Virus record (IMG/VR): IMGVR_UViG_3300025853_000086 | Coordinates: 1 to 60,123 of that record | From: a virus | Taxonomy: Duplodnaviria; Caudoviricetes | Strand: one strand, 5' to 3' | Length of the DNA stretch: 60,123 nt | Shown here: positions 27,801 through 37,591 of the stretch, in pieces | Position numbering within the stretch: the first letter of the stretch is position 1 | Layout: the number at the start of each line of letters is the position of its first letter | Notes under the pieces: model-generated | The model's database searches: none | What the model was told of the DNA's origin: nothing | The model's input: only the letters and a program-made list of their open reading frames with translations | Position numbers and translations under genes: made by a program

Positions 27801-28137
27801 TATTGATTGCAGCATCTGGCAGGTAAGCCAGAGCTTCGTTTATACCCATAGCAACATCTTCTATGCCGGTGGCACGAGTAACTGTTTCTATCGGTTTGAC
27901 GACGTACTTTTCCAATACGCTTGGAAAACGAGCACCAATCACAGGATCACCTACGTTAGCCCCCGTAAAACGGGCAGACCTAGGTGTATATTCCATGCTC
28001 ATAGTAGGCTGTGGCGCAGCAACCGGAGCACTATACTCAAGACCCTCTAGTTGGGCTTGCAGCATCTCAGGAGTAAACTCGTCACTCTCTTCTTCTTGAG
28101 TTTGCTGCCCCATTACTTGCGATGGTAGCTGTGCCAT
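24847..28137 (-). CDS. Large internal virion (ejection) protein
   Basis: 1096 aa at the end of the structural operon; ELFPFD...GIASL C-terminus. Confidence 0.65.
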   Translation of the reverse strand: MAQLPSQVMGQQTQEEESDEFTPEMLQAQLEGLEYSAPVAAPQPTMSMEYTPRSARFTGANVGDPVIGARFPSVLEKYVVKPIETVTRATGIEDVAMGINEALAYLPDAAINTISRGIEASGLAPEGSIDRDILLRIFNSGDYEAQQTIIPYILSYGKGENIGTTEGFGTYGREAGKMMAMAAPFAGMTQRAASLTPKANIISKTGEDLTSIANNPNLGNRVREVMIAPYRTSPGAATGIELGVSGISGIGMQAEQDLFGTQTGAGGLLPLAPAGLWYVAKNLPTPTIVRNAFNWIKGKAEPVTLAVTEEADFILGNATATEGVTGERALRGINQEIQSFSATDEGIQNLAQASQIETTFAPYMGEGESILFSPAERLQSPNLIATETGAVERGSAQFNQLNNQRKNRALGAAQNYINSNFSGTGIDDVPLYIIDQASGNYQTTINGIDAELNGITDSFSLWANARTGVYPEYGSRQVARTGQQIRAAIIEGHNQAKTDAQNLATKMGINETDEILDPTTFRDSRMRMRRSFQNANGTEALDYAGLPSQVRAYIDNPNEMLSFQEWKGFRDQVSSAIGAAAAKGNKTDVRNLAILADELDDVAKNFGQVNDNFEQFRGWYNQNVIEPYERYGTLRVRSAGAGSTPENPVYVIPDEQVAQSFLENSNTVTEFVNLFGDDPRMMNNIGAMILDDVRNKTYSPSKGVFDPDKLNTYINQNAAKLEGLEIGGVPVIDQLRDTQRLIQQSVQRQAELTARRTAIEKNQLYQTLAKNGENPEKVLEAAIQNPSLMNELRTELTAGLSGAAKQQREKTLRRGVWEVVTRKQPNYAESPETFIKFLDQNRRSLEVAFGQEHLDNLLLAGETFRRLQTTGELNRGAQITPESLIGEGGALEALTGTSLRSLSTLARATAEGRISGLSALGYVVSRAVGRNSSLRTDAILREMIFDPEITALLTGTPRGGTQMLPATKRRLNAWLFANGINYSIEDQLPTGEGERSVSVDLPVSGPAVPTGPAPGMDPNLLRMQGLPRQPDSNAVDASRLPPNRTAPAPAATPAPAAAPPQAATQTPTASELFPFDPTLSAIERRRGQPQGIASLA

Positions 28138-28146
28138 GGATTAATC

Positions 28147-30654
28147 CTACCTTAGCTGACTGTACTTTACTTTTATGGGACTGTTAGGCGGCATGTTCTG
28201 CCACAATTGGGCAGGCAGTTCTGCTGCTCGTGCTTGACTAGCTGTCATTTGGACGTAAGTATCTTTGTTCAAAGCACCTTGTTCGTCTAGCATGTTCAGG
28301 TACAGGATCTCGTTATCACGGTAAGGGAATGGGTCAGACTTATCTCCTATTGGAATACTGTCTATGGTATGTATTGGTGTATCGCCAAGGATACCACGAG
28401 CATGGGCAAGGTCATTGAACATGACTCGAGTTAACTCCTTAAAATCAACATACGCTTTTTCGGGATCTTGCCAGAATTTGCTAGGATCTACCGATAAGTC
28501 TTTAATAATGTCTTGTTCCGCTACTGCATATCGATCACTCAAGGCTTGAGCAGCAACTACTTGACGGACGAAACGTTCCATTACTGCACGACCACGATCT
28601 GTTTTAGTAAACTTGAGCCAACCATCCATGCTGTCAGGCATGATAGAAGCTACATTGTTGCTCAAGAAAGATTTGACACTGTTGTACGGGCCGACAGAGT
28701 CACTAATCATGCCGATGATGTTTTGGGCTTCCTGCAAGGCAGCTACGTTACTGGTGATTCTACGGTTGTAATTCGCAATCTGTTCAGTACTGAGGTTTTC
28801 ATACATAACACCTGTTGGTGCCAGTGTTTGTACCAGAGGGTTACCCTCGATCACTTTACCATTAGCATCGAATTTTGCAGGGGCAAGCTCAAACGCTAAA
28901 CCACCTGTTTGTGCCTGTGGTGTGCTCGCCAAAATGCGTTGCCCCGCGTTATCACCCATCTTAGGTATAATAAACACACGACCAACCGCATCTTGACTAG
29001 TAACTTCTATAGCATCGCGCTCGTTACCTACTATAAAGCCAGCGGGGGCAATTTGTGCATTGCGGACGTTGCCGTCTGGTGCCATAAAATAGCTACCGTT
29101 GAGGAAAAATCCTGGAACTTCTCTGTATCCTACAAGGGTAGTTGGGTCCGGAATCAACAAGTCTGTTTTCTGTGCATCGGTCAGGTCTAAGGCACCCGCA
29201 CCACCCATCGTTTTGATAGTGGTAGCGTCTAATGGTACTGCTCCGCTAGGCAGCTGCTGCAATCCCTGTGGGGTAACCATGCGTAAGCCATCGGCTGTAC
29301 GTTGCACGGTAATGACCTCGGACTTACCATCCGCTTTTTGATACGTATAAGGCTGTGCCGGTAACACTGCAAACGAGTTGTTAGCCGACCATGCTGCTAA
29401 AGCAGAGTTGTTAAACCTATCACTGTTCACCGTATCGGTAGAAAGACCTTTGTTCAACGCGTCTTGTCTTATTCTTAGGTAGGCGTCTTGCCAATTGTTC
29501 TGGTCGGCTTCGCTTTGTTGTATAGCCGTGCTAGCTATCTGGAACTGCTGTTGGTTAAAGCGGTCGGTCTCGGCCTGCTCTTGCCCAAACGCAAACTCTT
29601 TTAACTGCCGCTCTTGCTGTGCCTTCTGGGATGCTACTTTGCTCAGGTCGGCAGCAAAATCACCTGCGGGAGTAGTAAGCGCCTGCAAGATAGATCCTGG
29701 AGTTTGCGCTATCTGGCTACCGTAACGGGCGAGTGCTAACGCCGCTTGGATGTCTTGGTTCTGTTGGTCGCCTTCGCCAAAAAACTCTTGGGCTTCGGCT
29801 GCCAAAGCTTCTTTACTGCGGGGCTTTTGTATGTACGGCTCTAGCATAGACTGATAAGCCTGATTGATATCTTCGGCTGTTCGGTTTTGAGGCATGAACG
29901 GCTCTAAAAACCCGTAGTACTCTTCCCCAAACTGCTGCGCACTGGCAGGGTCAATCATTCTTTGGCTAGGCGGCAGATTGCCTTGCAAATACATGTTAGG
30001 CTGCTGAGTCATCGCAGGTAGCCTAGCGTAATCGGCCTGTCCTTGTGGAGTGACTCCAGGCATCATAAAAGGCGTAGGTTGACGCGGGGGTTGAAAAACA
30101 TTAAAGCCCTGCATGACTCCGGGAATGCCTGCAATCTCACCAAACCTTGGAGTACCATTATTTCGCATAACGGGCTGGGCACCTTGTTCCATCATGCTCA
30201 TGGCTTGCTGTACTTGGTCTGGCTGCGTAGCTGACGGCCCCTGTTGCTGCATCAAACTGGCTAGGCCACCTTCGCCTTCTTGCAGGGTATCCATTATCTG
30301 GAAAGTAGGCTGCAACAAAGCCAACACCGACTCCGGCGTTTTGTTAGCATCGGTCTTGCCTACCAAATCAGCTAGTTCGCTGTACCGCTGCTTGATTGGC
30401 TTTTGGTCACCCCGCAAAGCATTGATAATACCTTCCACATCCTCGGCTTGGTCTATGCTAGCAAACAACCCATCCATGCTCTCGGCTGCGGCTTGCAAAC
30501 CAGTAGCGGCGAGCATGTCTTGGTCCTGCGGGGGAGCAGCGGGCATAGGTTCGTCTAGCAAGCCACTTGTTATACCAGTCCCTAACGACGGCTGAGGAGT
30601 GACCTGTGGTGGACCAGTGAACATGCCTCGTTCGTATATTGGATTAACCGCCAT
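28147..30654 (-). CDS. Putative internal virion protein
   Basis: 835 aa, Q/A-rich, Cys-free; position in the operon. Confidence 0.62.
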   Translation of the reverse strand: MAVNPIYERGMFTGPPQVTPQPSLGTGITSGLLDEPMPAAPPQDQDMLAATGLQAAAESMDGLFASIDQAEDVEGIINALRGDQKPIKQRYSELADLVGKTDANKTPESVLALLQPTFQIMDTLQEGEGGLASLMQQQGPSATQPDQVQQAMSMMEQGAQPVMRNNGTPRFGEIAGIPGVMQGFNVFQPPRQPTPFMMPGVTPQGQADYARLPAMTQQPNMYLQGNLPPSQRMIDPASAQQFGEEYYGFLEPFMPQNRTAEDINQAYQSMLEPYIQKPRSKEALAAEAQEFFGEGDQQNQDIQAALALARYGSQIAQTPGSILQALTTPAGDFAADLSKVASQKAQQERQLKEFAFGQEQAETDRFNQQQFQIASTAIQQSEADQNNWQDAYLRIRQDALNKGLSTDTVNSDRFNNSALAAWSANNSFAVLPAQPYTYQKADGKSEVITVQRTADGLRMVTPQGLQQLPSGAVPLDATTIKTMGGAGALDLTDAQKTDLLIPDPTTLVGYREVPGFFLNGSYFMAPDGNVRNAQIAPAGFIVGNERDAIEVTSQDAVGRVFIIPKMGDNAGQRILASTPQAQTGGLAFELAPAKFDANGKVIEGNPLVQTLAPTGVMYENLSTEQIANYNRRITSNVAALQEAQNIIGMISDSVGPYNSVKSFLSNNVASIMPDSMDGWLKFTKTDRGRAVMERFVRQVVAAQALSDRYAVAEQDIIKDLSVDPSKFWQDPEKAYVDFKELTRVMFNDLAHARGILGDTPIHTIDSIPIGDKSDPFPYRDNEILYLNMLDEQGALNKDTYVQMTASQARAAELPAQLWQNMPPNSPIKVKYSQLR

Positions 30655-32573
30655 TAGATATACCCTGCTCTACTTGCTGCTGTACCAAGACCAACCGCCG
30701 TGGTTGCCCCACCTACCAACTGTGACCCAAGCGAGGCCTGTGGTGCTGTTGCTGCCGTGATAGTACTCTGGGTGCTAGGCGCACCACGCAATATGTCACT
30801 GTAGAAGCCTAACCGTTGGTAAGGCTCGTACACGTCTTGCATTTGGGTTTGGCGCTCGGCATCCAAACGCTGCTGCTCTATTGCTCTTGCATCTGCGCCC
30901 AAACCAGCTAGCGTACCGATATCTCTTCCCATCATGGTCTGGCCTGCTTCTGCTAGCGCGGCTTGCTGTGTGCCTAACGAGCCTTGCGCTTGGCCTAACG
31001 CGCCAATGCCACTGGCAATTCCTTGGCCTATCTGCGCGGCCTGTAGACCAAGGTCGGCACCTGTTCTGCCAATGTCGGAGAACTGCCCTGCCAAATTACC
31101 CTGTAGCTGGGCACCCTGCAATCCTAACTGCCCACCACTTATGCCTAGATTACCACTAGCCTGCGCTGCTGCTTGCGCTTGTTGCGCGGCTTGTAATCCT
31201 AACCCACCTTGTTGCGCGGCGTTGGCTGCGGCTTGCTGCTCTGCGCTTAAACCTAACTGTGCTGACTGTAGCATACCTTGCTGCTGTAGACTGCCTACAT
31301 CCAAACCTAGGCGGGCTGCCATCTCGTTAGTGCTGATGCCTAACTGTGCCGCTTGCTGTTGTACCTGAGCCATTAGGTCTTGGGCTTGCATCTGTGTGCT
31401 AGTACCGAGCTCTACACCCTGTATACCAAGGCGACCACCGGCTTCTGCTGCGGTGAGTGCTGTACCTGCACCTGCTTGCCCAAGGGAACCCATAAGCTCG
31501 GCGGCTGATTGGCCTCGTCGTTGTTGGTCTTCGAATGCTCTTAGGGCTGCTTCTTGCGAGGCACCATATCCTTGTGCGCGTAGTCCTGCGGCTGTTTGAG
31601 CTTGCTGCTGTAGCAAATTACGTCCGCGCTCGGAGGCCACAATACCTTGCCGTGAACCACCAAACGCACCTGCACCTACTGCTTGAGCAGCCTCAGCACG
31701 ACCTGCAATATCACTGGCGCGTTGCATGTCGGCCATCGTTGCGTCTATCACTGCTTGCTCGTAAGGGTTCATATAAGAGGCAACGGTGCTAGGGTCAAAC
31801 GCACCGGTAGTGCCTTGTAGTCCCATCATGCCTCGTTGGGCGCTTTGCAGTCCAAAGTCGGATGCTTGTTGTAGCCCACGTTGAGCTTGCAACGCTTGCT
31901 CTAACCCTTGGGTAGCTGCCCGCTGACCAATACCCTGCGCTCCTGCACCCGCTTGCTGTGCTGCTAAGGCTTGTTGGTTAGCGATGCTGAGCGCATCCTG
32001 CCCAAAACCGCTAGTCGCTGCTCCTAAGCCCTGCCCGAGCGCACGAGTATCGGCACCTACTTGGCCTGCAATGCCTCGGCCCGCTGTTGTGGCTGCTCCT
32101 AGCTGCCCTGCTGCGGTGTCTGCTGCGCCATAGCCCCGCTGCATGGCTGCGGCAAGGTCAACTTGGGATTGCTGTACTGCGGCCTGTGCAGGAGCTTGAG
32201 CAGCCATCGCGGCTTGCATGGCTGCATTAGTGCCTTGGGTAGCCATATCTTGGAAGGGGCTATACCCTGTTAGAGCCTGCCCACCGACACGCATAGCCGT
32301 GTCGTAGACGTTTCTGGCAGAACCTAACGTACCTAAACCTTGTTGGATAGACTGCCCCGCCTGCCCTAACAAAGGAGCAAATGCACCTACGCCGGTCATA
32401 CCTAACTGTTGGGCTTGCAGTTGGGCAGGTGTCATACCTGCTACTTGGTAAGCGGGCAGACCGCCTTGTGGCTCTACGGAGGTTAGCTGTTTAGCCAAAT
32501 CCATAAGGCCAAGTTTATAAGCCTCAATGTCCGGAGCTTCGCGGGTTATAATCTCTTGGAATTCTGTAGCCAT
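30654..32573 (-). CDS. Putative DNA ejection/pilot protein
   Basis: A/G/Q-rich, with YMNPY, GAFGGSRQG and EPYQRLGF motifs. Confidence 0.65.
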   Translation of the reverse strand: MATEFQEIITREAPDIEAYKLGLMDLAKQLTSVEPQGGLPAYQVAGMTPAQLQAQQLGMTGVGAFAPLLGQAGQSIQQGLGTLGSARNVYDTAMRVGGQALTGYSPFQDMATQGTNAAMQAAMAAQAPAQAAVQQSQVDLAAAMQRGYGAADTAAGQLGAATTAGRGIAGQVGADTRALGQGLGAATSGFGQDALSIANQQALAAQQAGAGAQGIGQRAATQGLEQALQAQRGLQQASDFGLQSAQRGMMGLQGTTGAFDPSTVASYMNPYEQAVIDATMADMQRASDIAGRAEAAQAVGAGAFGGSRQGIVASERGRNLLQQQAQTAAGLRAQGYGASQEAALRAFEDQQRRGQSAAELMGSLGQAGAGTALTAAEAGGRLGIQGVELGTSTQMQAQDLMAQVQQQAAQLGISTNEMAARLGLDVGSLQQQGMLQSAQLGLSAEQQAAANAAQQGGLGLQAAQQAQAAAQASGNLGISGGQLGLQGAQLQGNLAGQFSDIGRTGADLGLQAAQIGQGIASGIGALGQAQGSLGTQQAALAEAGQTMMGRDIGTLAGLGADARAIEQQRLDAERQTQMQDVYEPYQRLGFYSDILRGAPSTQSTITAATAPQASLGSQLVGGATTAVGLGTAASRAGYI

Positions 32574-34246
32574 TAGCTTCTTCCGTTTTCGAGGGTACGC
32601 ATGAAGTCGTACATCTTACGGGCACCGACTTTGCGGTCACCCCCACCTAAGTTTTCTACTGCCCTGCGCGTAACAACAAACTCGCCATCGCTTAAGAGCG
32701 CGGGTATTGAATCACTTGTTCCGGTTCCTGGACCAACTATCTCACCACCTTGGCGGTAACCCATCACCGCTTGACTTGCCGGAGCTAAGTAAGGATTAAC
32801 AAAATTACTCGCCGTGTACACAGGCTGTGCTGCTGACTGATAAACCCTACCTGTATCCGCTTGCTGCTGCGGGTTAGCTAACGCTTGGTAATAAGGGTTA
32901 CCGCCGAAGAACTGCGCAGAGTCAAAACCGTAACGGGCAGGGTCGCGCTCTAAATAATCGCGACCGGTTTCACCTGTGATTAATCCTGGTATCTGGGCTT
33001 CCTGCTCCCTGAAGAAGTTCGTACCTAGCAATGAATCGCTAGCTGCTGCGGTGCCCACTGCGGTAGCCGCCAGAGGACCATACTTTTGCAAAAATCCGGG
33101 AGTGGCTTTAGCCAAAGCGGACTTCATAGTGGTGTCTACAATGGACTGGGTTGCTGCATCGGTCAAAGCAGGTAAGCCTTGGCTGGTCAGGGCTGCGTTA
33201 GTTTCCGCTATAGACTTTGCTGCATCTTGCGCCGCCTGTGCAGAAACCTGTGCCGTATCCGGTTGTATACTCGCACGGCTTGGGCTTAGGTAATCGCTGT
33301 AGAAATCCTTGGGGCCGTACTGGTCTCCTGGAGTAAACGTCTGCTTGAGTGCTTGGCCTAGGCTAGGACGGGTTGTCTCTGTTAGGCTAGCTGCCGTACG
33401 ACCGCCAAGGTCACCTACGGACACCCCTCGGTTCAACGCCTCTAGTTGGGCTACGGTATCCACTTGTGGGGTAGCAGTAAATGCGCTATCGCCGAATGTG
33501 CCAAGGTCAGTGGTGCGTGTAATACCCTCGGTTACTCCTGCGGGCGTTGGTACGGCTGCACCTTGGGGCAATAATCTTGCTGCTTCGGCTGCTTGGGCTG
33601 CGCCTACGGCATCTGGTGTTGCGGCGGTAAAGGGGTTATCCAAAGAGAACGCTTGCTTTGCCGTTACGTCACCTAACTGGCCTGTGGGTGCTGCTTTACT
33701 ACCAAAGAAGCTGCCATCCCTAAACGCCATATTACCTAAACCGGCAATACCACCCGCGATTAACGCGCCTTTCAAAGAGTCTTTTAAGTTTCTACCACTT
33801 GCCAAACCGCCCGCCAGACTACCTAACCCTGTAGCAAAAGCCATAGGCATAGCCGGTAACAAGAATGGAGCAACGATAGGTAGCACAATCGGCGCGAGCT
33901 TTTTAACCACTTTTTTGAGGCCTTTGAAGAGCTTCTTCAAAAAGAACTCGGGTTGGCCTGTCTGCGGATTGATAGAGTTTAGCTCGTTACCTACAATGTA
34001 ACGCTCAGGCTCGATGCCCATGTCTTGCATCTGAGCAAAAAGCATAGACTTTAGGCGGGGGTTGGAATCCAACACTTCCATAGGGATGACGGTTTCGCCT
34101 TCCGCTGCATGGACTATGTAGGTGTCGCCGTTACGACCAAAATCGGCAAGCATCTCTGCTGCGTTTTGGAACTGCGGCAAACCTTGTGTTTGATCAAGTA
34201 CGGGTTGGTCTATAACCTCGTACCCTAAACTAGCGAGACCCTGCAT
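32573..34246 (-). CDS. Putative internal virion protein
   Basis: INPQTGQPEFFLKKLFK and GPGTGTSDSIPALLSDGEFV motifs; start trimmed to MQGLAS. Confidence 0.65.
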   Translation of the reverse strand: MQGLASLGYEVIDQPVLDQTQGLPQFQNAAEMLADFGRNGDTYIVHAAEGETVIPMEVLDSNPRLKSMLFAQMQDMGIEPERYIVGNELNSINPQTGQPEFFLKKLFKGLKKVVKKLAPIVLPIVAPFLLPAMPMAFATGLGSLAGGLASGRNLKDSLKGALIAGGIAGLGNMAFRDGSFFGSKAAPTGQLGDVTAKQAFSLDNPFTAATPDAVGAAQAAEAARLLPQGAAVPTPAGVTEGITRTTDLGTFGDSAFTATPQVDTVAQLEALNRGVSVGDLGGRTAASLTETTRPSLGQALKQTFTPGDQYGPKDFYSDYLSPSRASIQPDTAQVSAQAAQDAAKSIAETNAALTSQGLPALTDAATQSIVDTTMKSALAKATPGFLQKYGPLAATAVGTAAASDSLLGTNFFREQEAQIPGLITGETGRDYLERDPARYGFDSAQFFGGNPYYQALANPQQQADTGRVYQSAAQPVYTASNFVNPYLAPASQAVMGYRQGGEIVGPGTGTSDSIPALLSDGEFVVTRRAVENLGGGDRKVGARKMYDFMRTLENGRS

Positions 34247-34351
34247 ATGTTCGGTTCCTCGAATAGAATCAATATATGCAGGGTGCGTTAATTCCTGAGT
34301 TGACGCATACCTCAATAATACGCTATGCCATCACTGGCAGCAACAAACATC

Positions 34352-34651
34352 TTAGGTAAGTATTACTGTTACAGTACCTACAAATCCAGTAGCTTGCACA
34401 CCAAGTGGGTTAGGTTTGTTTTCTTTTGTGATTTTAACAAACCCGTTGTACTCAAACAAATCTCCGGGAGCTAACCCGTTATCCCCCTCCTGCAGATTGG
34501 TGAGAGCAAGGGTAGTGTGCCGCGCATCTCCAGGATTCTGCACTTGTTTAAGGAACAACTCAAACGCCCGTTGTATCTCAGCTTGGTGGGCTTGCTCATA
34601 TTGGCTAGGTGCCCGTGGGAAGAACGGTCTGTTTAACCCTCTGGACGACAT
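34352..34651 (-). CDS. Hypothetical virion protein
   Basis: 99-aa ORF coupled to the upstream tail gene. Confidence 0.7.
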   Translation of the reverse strand: MSSRGLNRPFFPRAPSQYEQAHQAEIQRAFELFLKQVQNPGDARHTTLALTNLQEGDNGLAPGDLFEYNGFVKITKENKPNPLGVQATGFVGTVTVILT

Positions 34652-36573
34652 TATCTAGCCCCATCCGGCCGGACTTCTACCCTTGGAGTACCTAACCGCC
34701 ACTGCGTCCCCGCAGTAGAAGATTCTACCTTGAGTGCAAAAGACCTGCCCCGCAACCGCACAAACGCTTGGTCGGTAAACTGCTCTACCGGTGTGGTAGA
34801 AGTTTGAACCACGTTGGACGTGTCGGATTGCAAGTACGCCCCTCCTGGGAAATTACGCACTTCCAAAATAAAATCTGCGCTTGGGTCATCCACTGTAGAA
34901 GCATCAAACGTCAGGTCGGGTATTATTTTGCTAAGGAATACAAACTCTTCCCCTTGGCCTAAACTCAATTGGCTACTCAAAACGTAGCTAGTTATTGGAC
35001 TAGGTGGGTTAGTGCTACCGTCGTTTACGCCAGACTCGTGTAAATACAGGTAACCATCGGTGCCTGCTGCTATAGGATTAATGTTAATACCTTTGTCCTG
35101 CCACGCGGTACGCGCTAACTGCCCATACGCCCAAGACTGCTCTATGTAATTGTACATAACGTAACGGTCGCACTCTTCCGAACTCGCAGATGGGTAAAAC
35201 CACCACACTTCCGAGAACGACGTATTGGCTGCGGCATTACACACCTCAAGCGCACTGTTGTTTATATCGTTAAAAACATAGGAGCGCACGGTACAAGGTA
35301 GCTTTTGCACTTGTCCTGTGTAGACGTAAAAATCACCTTCGCCCATCCAGAACACGTTATCGTCTATGGCTACGGCTGCCATTGGGCTGATGATGGTGGT
35401 ATTCTCGGATATCTGGTCCAAACCAAAAGTAAACGGCGGCCCAAGATATTGCAAACTATGGACAGACGTGTCGGTAAAAACCAAAGTTTGTTGACGAGTT
35501 TCTACCGCGCAAATAATCTCAGATCCCGCTCCTACCCTCAAATCACCTGCGGTGTTGGTGGGTGTTGGCGTCCAATCGGTAATAGACTCTTGGCTACTAA
35601 ACCGTATAAGCAAAGGGTCTTGGGTGCCTATTGCATCTAATGGGTCGCACCCAAACACGAGAACATGGCGGTCGGTATCGCTGACTAATACCTGTTTAGC
35701 TATAGTAGGGGTAGTTGCATCTGCTCCTGGGATGTCAGCAAGGGCGGTTGCACGGTCGGTACCTAGTGTGTCGGCGCTGGTATCCCAATAAAAAATACCG
35801 CCATCACGGATGTTGAACAATAAGTCTTCGCCGTAATTGTCTTCACCCCAAATGCGCAAAATATTTGTAGTAGTAAAAGGACTTAGTTCACCCCAACCAC
35901 CATCCCCCCATAAGCCAGCACCCCAACCCGTGCCCGCTACTACAGTACCAAGGCCGACGTTGAGTTGATACGCGCCAACTACACTAGCCCCTCCGTTACC
36001 AGTATCGGAAGCATTAGCCGCTAACGGGGTAAAAACCAAAGCACCATCTATTGTAATGCTAGCTATGCTTGTAGCGGCTGCTCGAGCAACGATTGTATAA
36101 CTGTTGCCGTCTATTACGGTAAGCTGGTACTCTTGGTTAAGAACATCTGCTGTAATGACGCCACCTAAACTAACCGCCCCACTAAAGGTAACAAAGTCTC
36201 CCGTAGCTGCGTTGTGGCTTACATCAGTTACTGTAATAGTAGCCGATCCGTCTACCGCTGCAAAAGTCACTTCCCCTGCTGGGGTTGTCGCCCTAATAGG
36301 TGTAATATCCCAGTAAAAGCCACCTTGCTCTATATAGTATTTAACGCGAGTACCCACACCAGTGAGTTTTGTGCCGTTTAAGTCTATCCAAGTGTGGATA
36401 GTGCGGCAAACACCTAAGAAGCTGTAAACAGAAGACCTAACCCAACCGCCAATTTTTTCTGGAAAGCCAAGCCTAAAGCGTATCTTATCGCTGTCGAACC
36501 AACCGCCTTCGTTAGCGTAAGAAGTCACATCTCTGTTGATTCCAGGACGGAATTGCAATTTGGTCAATGGCAT
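34651..36573 (-). CDS. Tail hub/nozzle protein (P22 gp10 or tubular B-like)
   Basis: MPLTKLQFRPGI..., beta-rich, IRFSSQE and RLRGR motifs; position. Confidence 0.7.
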   Translation of the reverse strand: MPLTKLQFRPGINRDVTSYANEGGWFDSDKIRFRLGFPEKIGGWVRSSVYSFLGVCRTIHTWIDLNGTKLTGVGTRVKYYIEQGGFYWDITPIRATTPAGEVTFAAVDGSATITVTDVSHNAATGDFVTFSGAVSLGGVITADVLNQEYQLTVIDGNSYTIVARAAATSIASITIDGALVFTPLAANASDTGNGGASVVGAYQLNVGLGTVVAGTGWGAGLWGDGGWGELSPFTTTNILRIWGEDNYGEDLLFNIRDGGIFYWDTSADTLGTDRATALADIPGADATTPTIAKQVLVSDTDRHVLVFGCDPLDAIGTQDPLLIRFSSQESITDWTPTPTNTAGDLRVGAGSEIICAVETRQQTLVFTDTSVHSLQYLGPPFTFGLDQISENTTIISPMAAVAIDDNVFWMGEGDFYVYTGQVQKLPCTVRSYVFNDINNSALEVCNAAANTSFSEVWWFYPSASSEECDRYVMYNYIEQSWAYGQLARTAWQDKGININPIAAGTDGYLYLHESGVNDGSTNPPSPITSYVLSSQLSLGQGEEFVFLSKIIPDLTFDASTVDDPSADFILEVRNFPGGAYLQSDTSNVVQTSTTPVEQFTDQAFVRLRGRSFALKVESSTAGTQWRLGTPRVEVRPDGAR

Positions 36574-36630
36574 GGCAAACCCACCAGAAAAATAGTCGTT
36601 TTATAATAGCATACAAGGAATCAATACCAA

Positions 36631-37098
36631 CTATCCTACGACTAAGTTTATCATCCAAAAAACTATACCCATTGTCGCTCCAGTCATTAAGAGGATCAAG
36701 GTACCGTCGATAATAAACCGTTTTTGCCTAGCCCGTGCTTCAGCAGCAGCGAGGCGTTGTGCGCGTATGGTGCGCCGTGTCTTCATCATCTCGCTGTAGA
36801 AGGCTTCTCCCGGCCCATACAATACGATGATTTCTCTGAGCTGAGTTTCCATCTGCTGCGTCTTGTGCTTTGCCATCTGTATTTCTAAGGCTTGGGCCTC
36901 TACCGACGAGCCTCGCAGGAACTTAGGGCCGTATTGGTTTTCTTTCTCTATCTCTAGGATTTTTTCCTTAGAATCAAAAAACCTACCTATATACTGAGCG
37001 GTATCCTCTATCTCACGTCCGGCATTTACTGCCTTGGCAACGAGGTTGTACGCTCTTGTCGCTCCTGCTATACAGGCACTTATCGTTATGGGGTCCAT
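36631..37098 (-). CDS. Hypothetical protein with C-terminal TM helix
   Basis: Start trimmed to MDPITIS. Confidence 0.75.
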   Translation of the reverse strand: MDPITISACIAGATRAYNLVAKAVNAGREIEDTAQYIGRFFDSKEKILEIEKENQYGPKFLRGSSVEAQALEIQMAKHKTQQMETQLREIIVLYGPGEAFYSEMMKTRRTIRAQRLAAAEARARQKRFIIDGTLILLMTGATMGIVFWMINLVVG

Positions 37099-37310
37099 TA
37101 GTACGGCCTCACTGCTTCGGGGTCTGCCCTTCGTGGTAAACAATAAGCTGCAAGGGCCACGCCTCTCGGCTCGTAATTAAGTGTCCGTTCTACTTTCCCC
37201 TTAACAATAGCTGTAGCAAAGTAATTGCACCTATTGATGTCATAGAAATACATGTCCGAAGACTGTATCTGGCCGTTGACCAGTACATATAACAAAAATA
37301 GATGCGTCAC
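37098..37310 (-). CDS. Hypothetical protein
   Basis: 70-aa coupled ORF. Confidence 0.7.
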   Translation of the reverse strand: MTHLFLLYVLVNGQIQSSDMYFYDINRCNYFATAIVKGKVERTLNYEPRGVALAAYCLPRRADPEAVRPY

Positions 37311-37321
37311 TTGTCATACTC

Positions 37322-37588
37322 TTAGGCCGCAGGCTGTTCCAAACGTGGATCAATCCAATCAGGGCAAAGTTCCCAAGCGCCGTTGACATAGTTGTATTTA
37401 CAACCGTACCAATCGTCTGGCTCAGTTACGCCTTCGATAAGAGTGGCGTTGCCAGAGTTTAGGTCGCCAATAATAAAGTCCAAGTTAGCAGGATCGCCTA
37501 CTTCAATGCAGTCGTCTTTTACGTTGACTTGTTTATCGTCAGCAAACAAGTACTTGGAGCAGTTTTCTTCGCATACTATAGTTTTCAT
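37322..37588 (-). CDS. Putative tail fibre assembly protein
   Basis: Small acidic ORF directly after the RBP; PDDWYGCKY.Y motif. Confidence 0.55.
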   Translation of the reverse strand: MKTIVCEENCSKYLFADDKQVNVKDDCIEVGDPANLDFIIGDLNSGNATLIEGVTEPDDWYGCKYNYVNGAWELCPDWIDPRLEQPAA

Positions 37589-37591
37589 GTT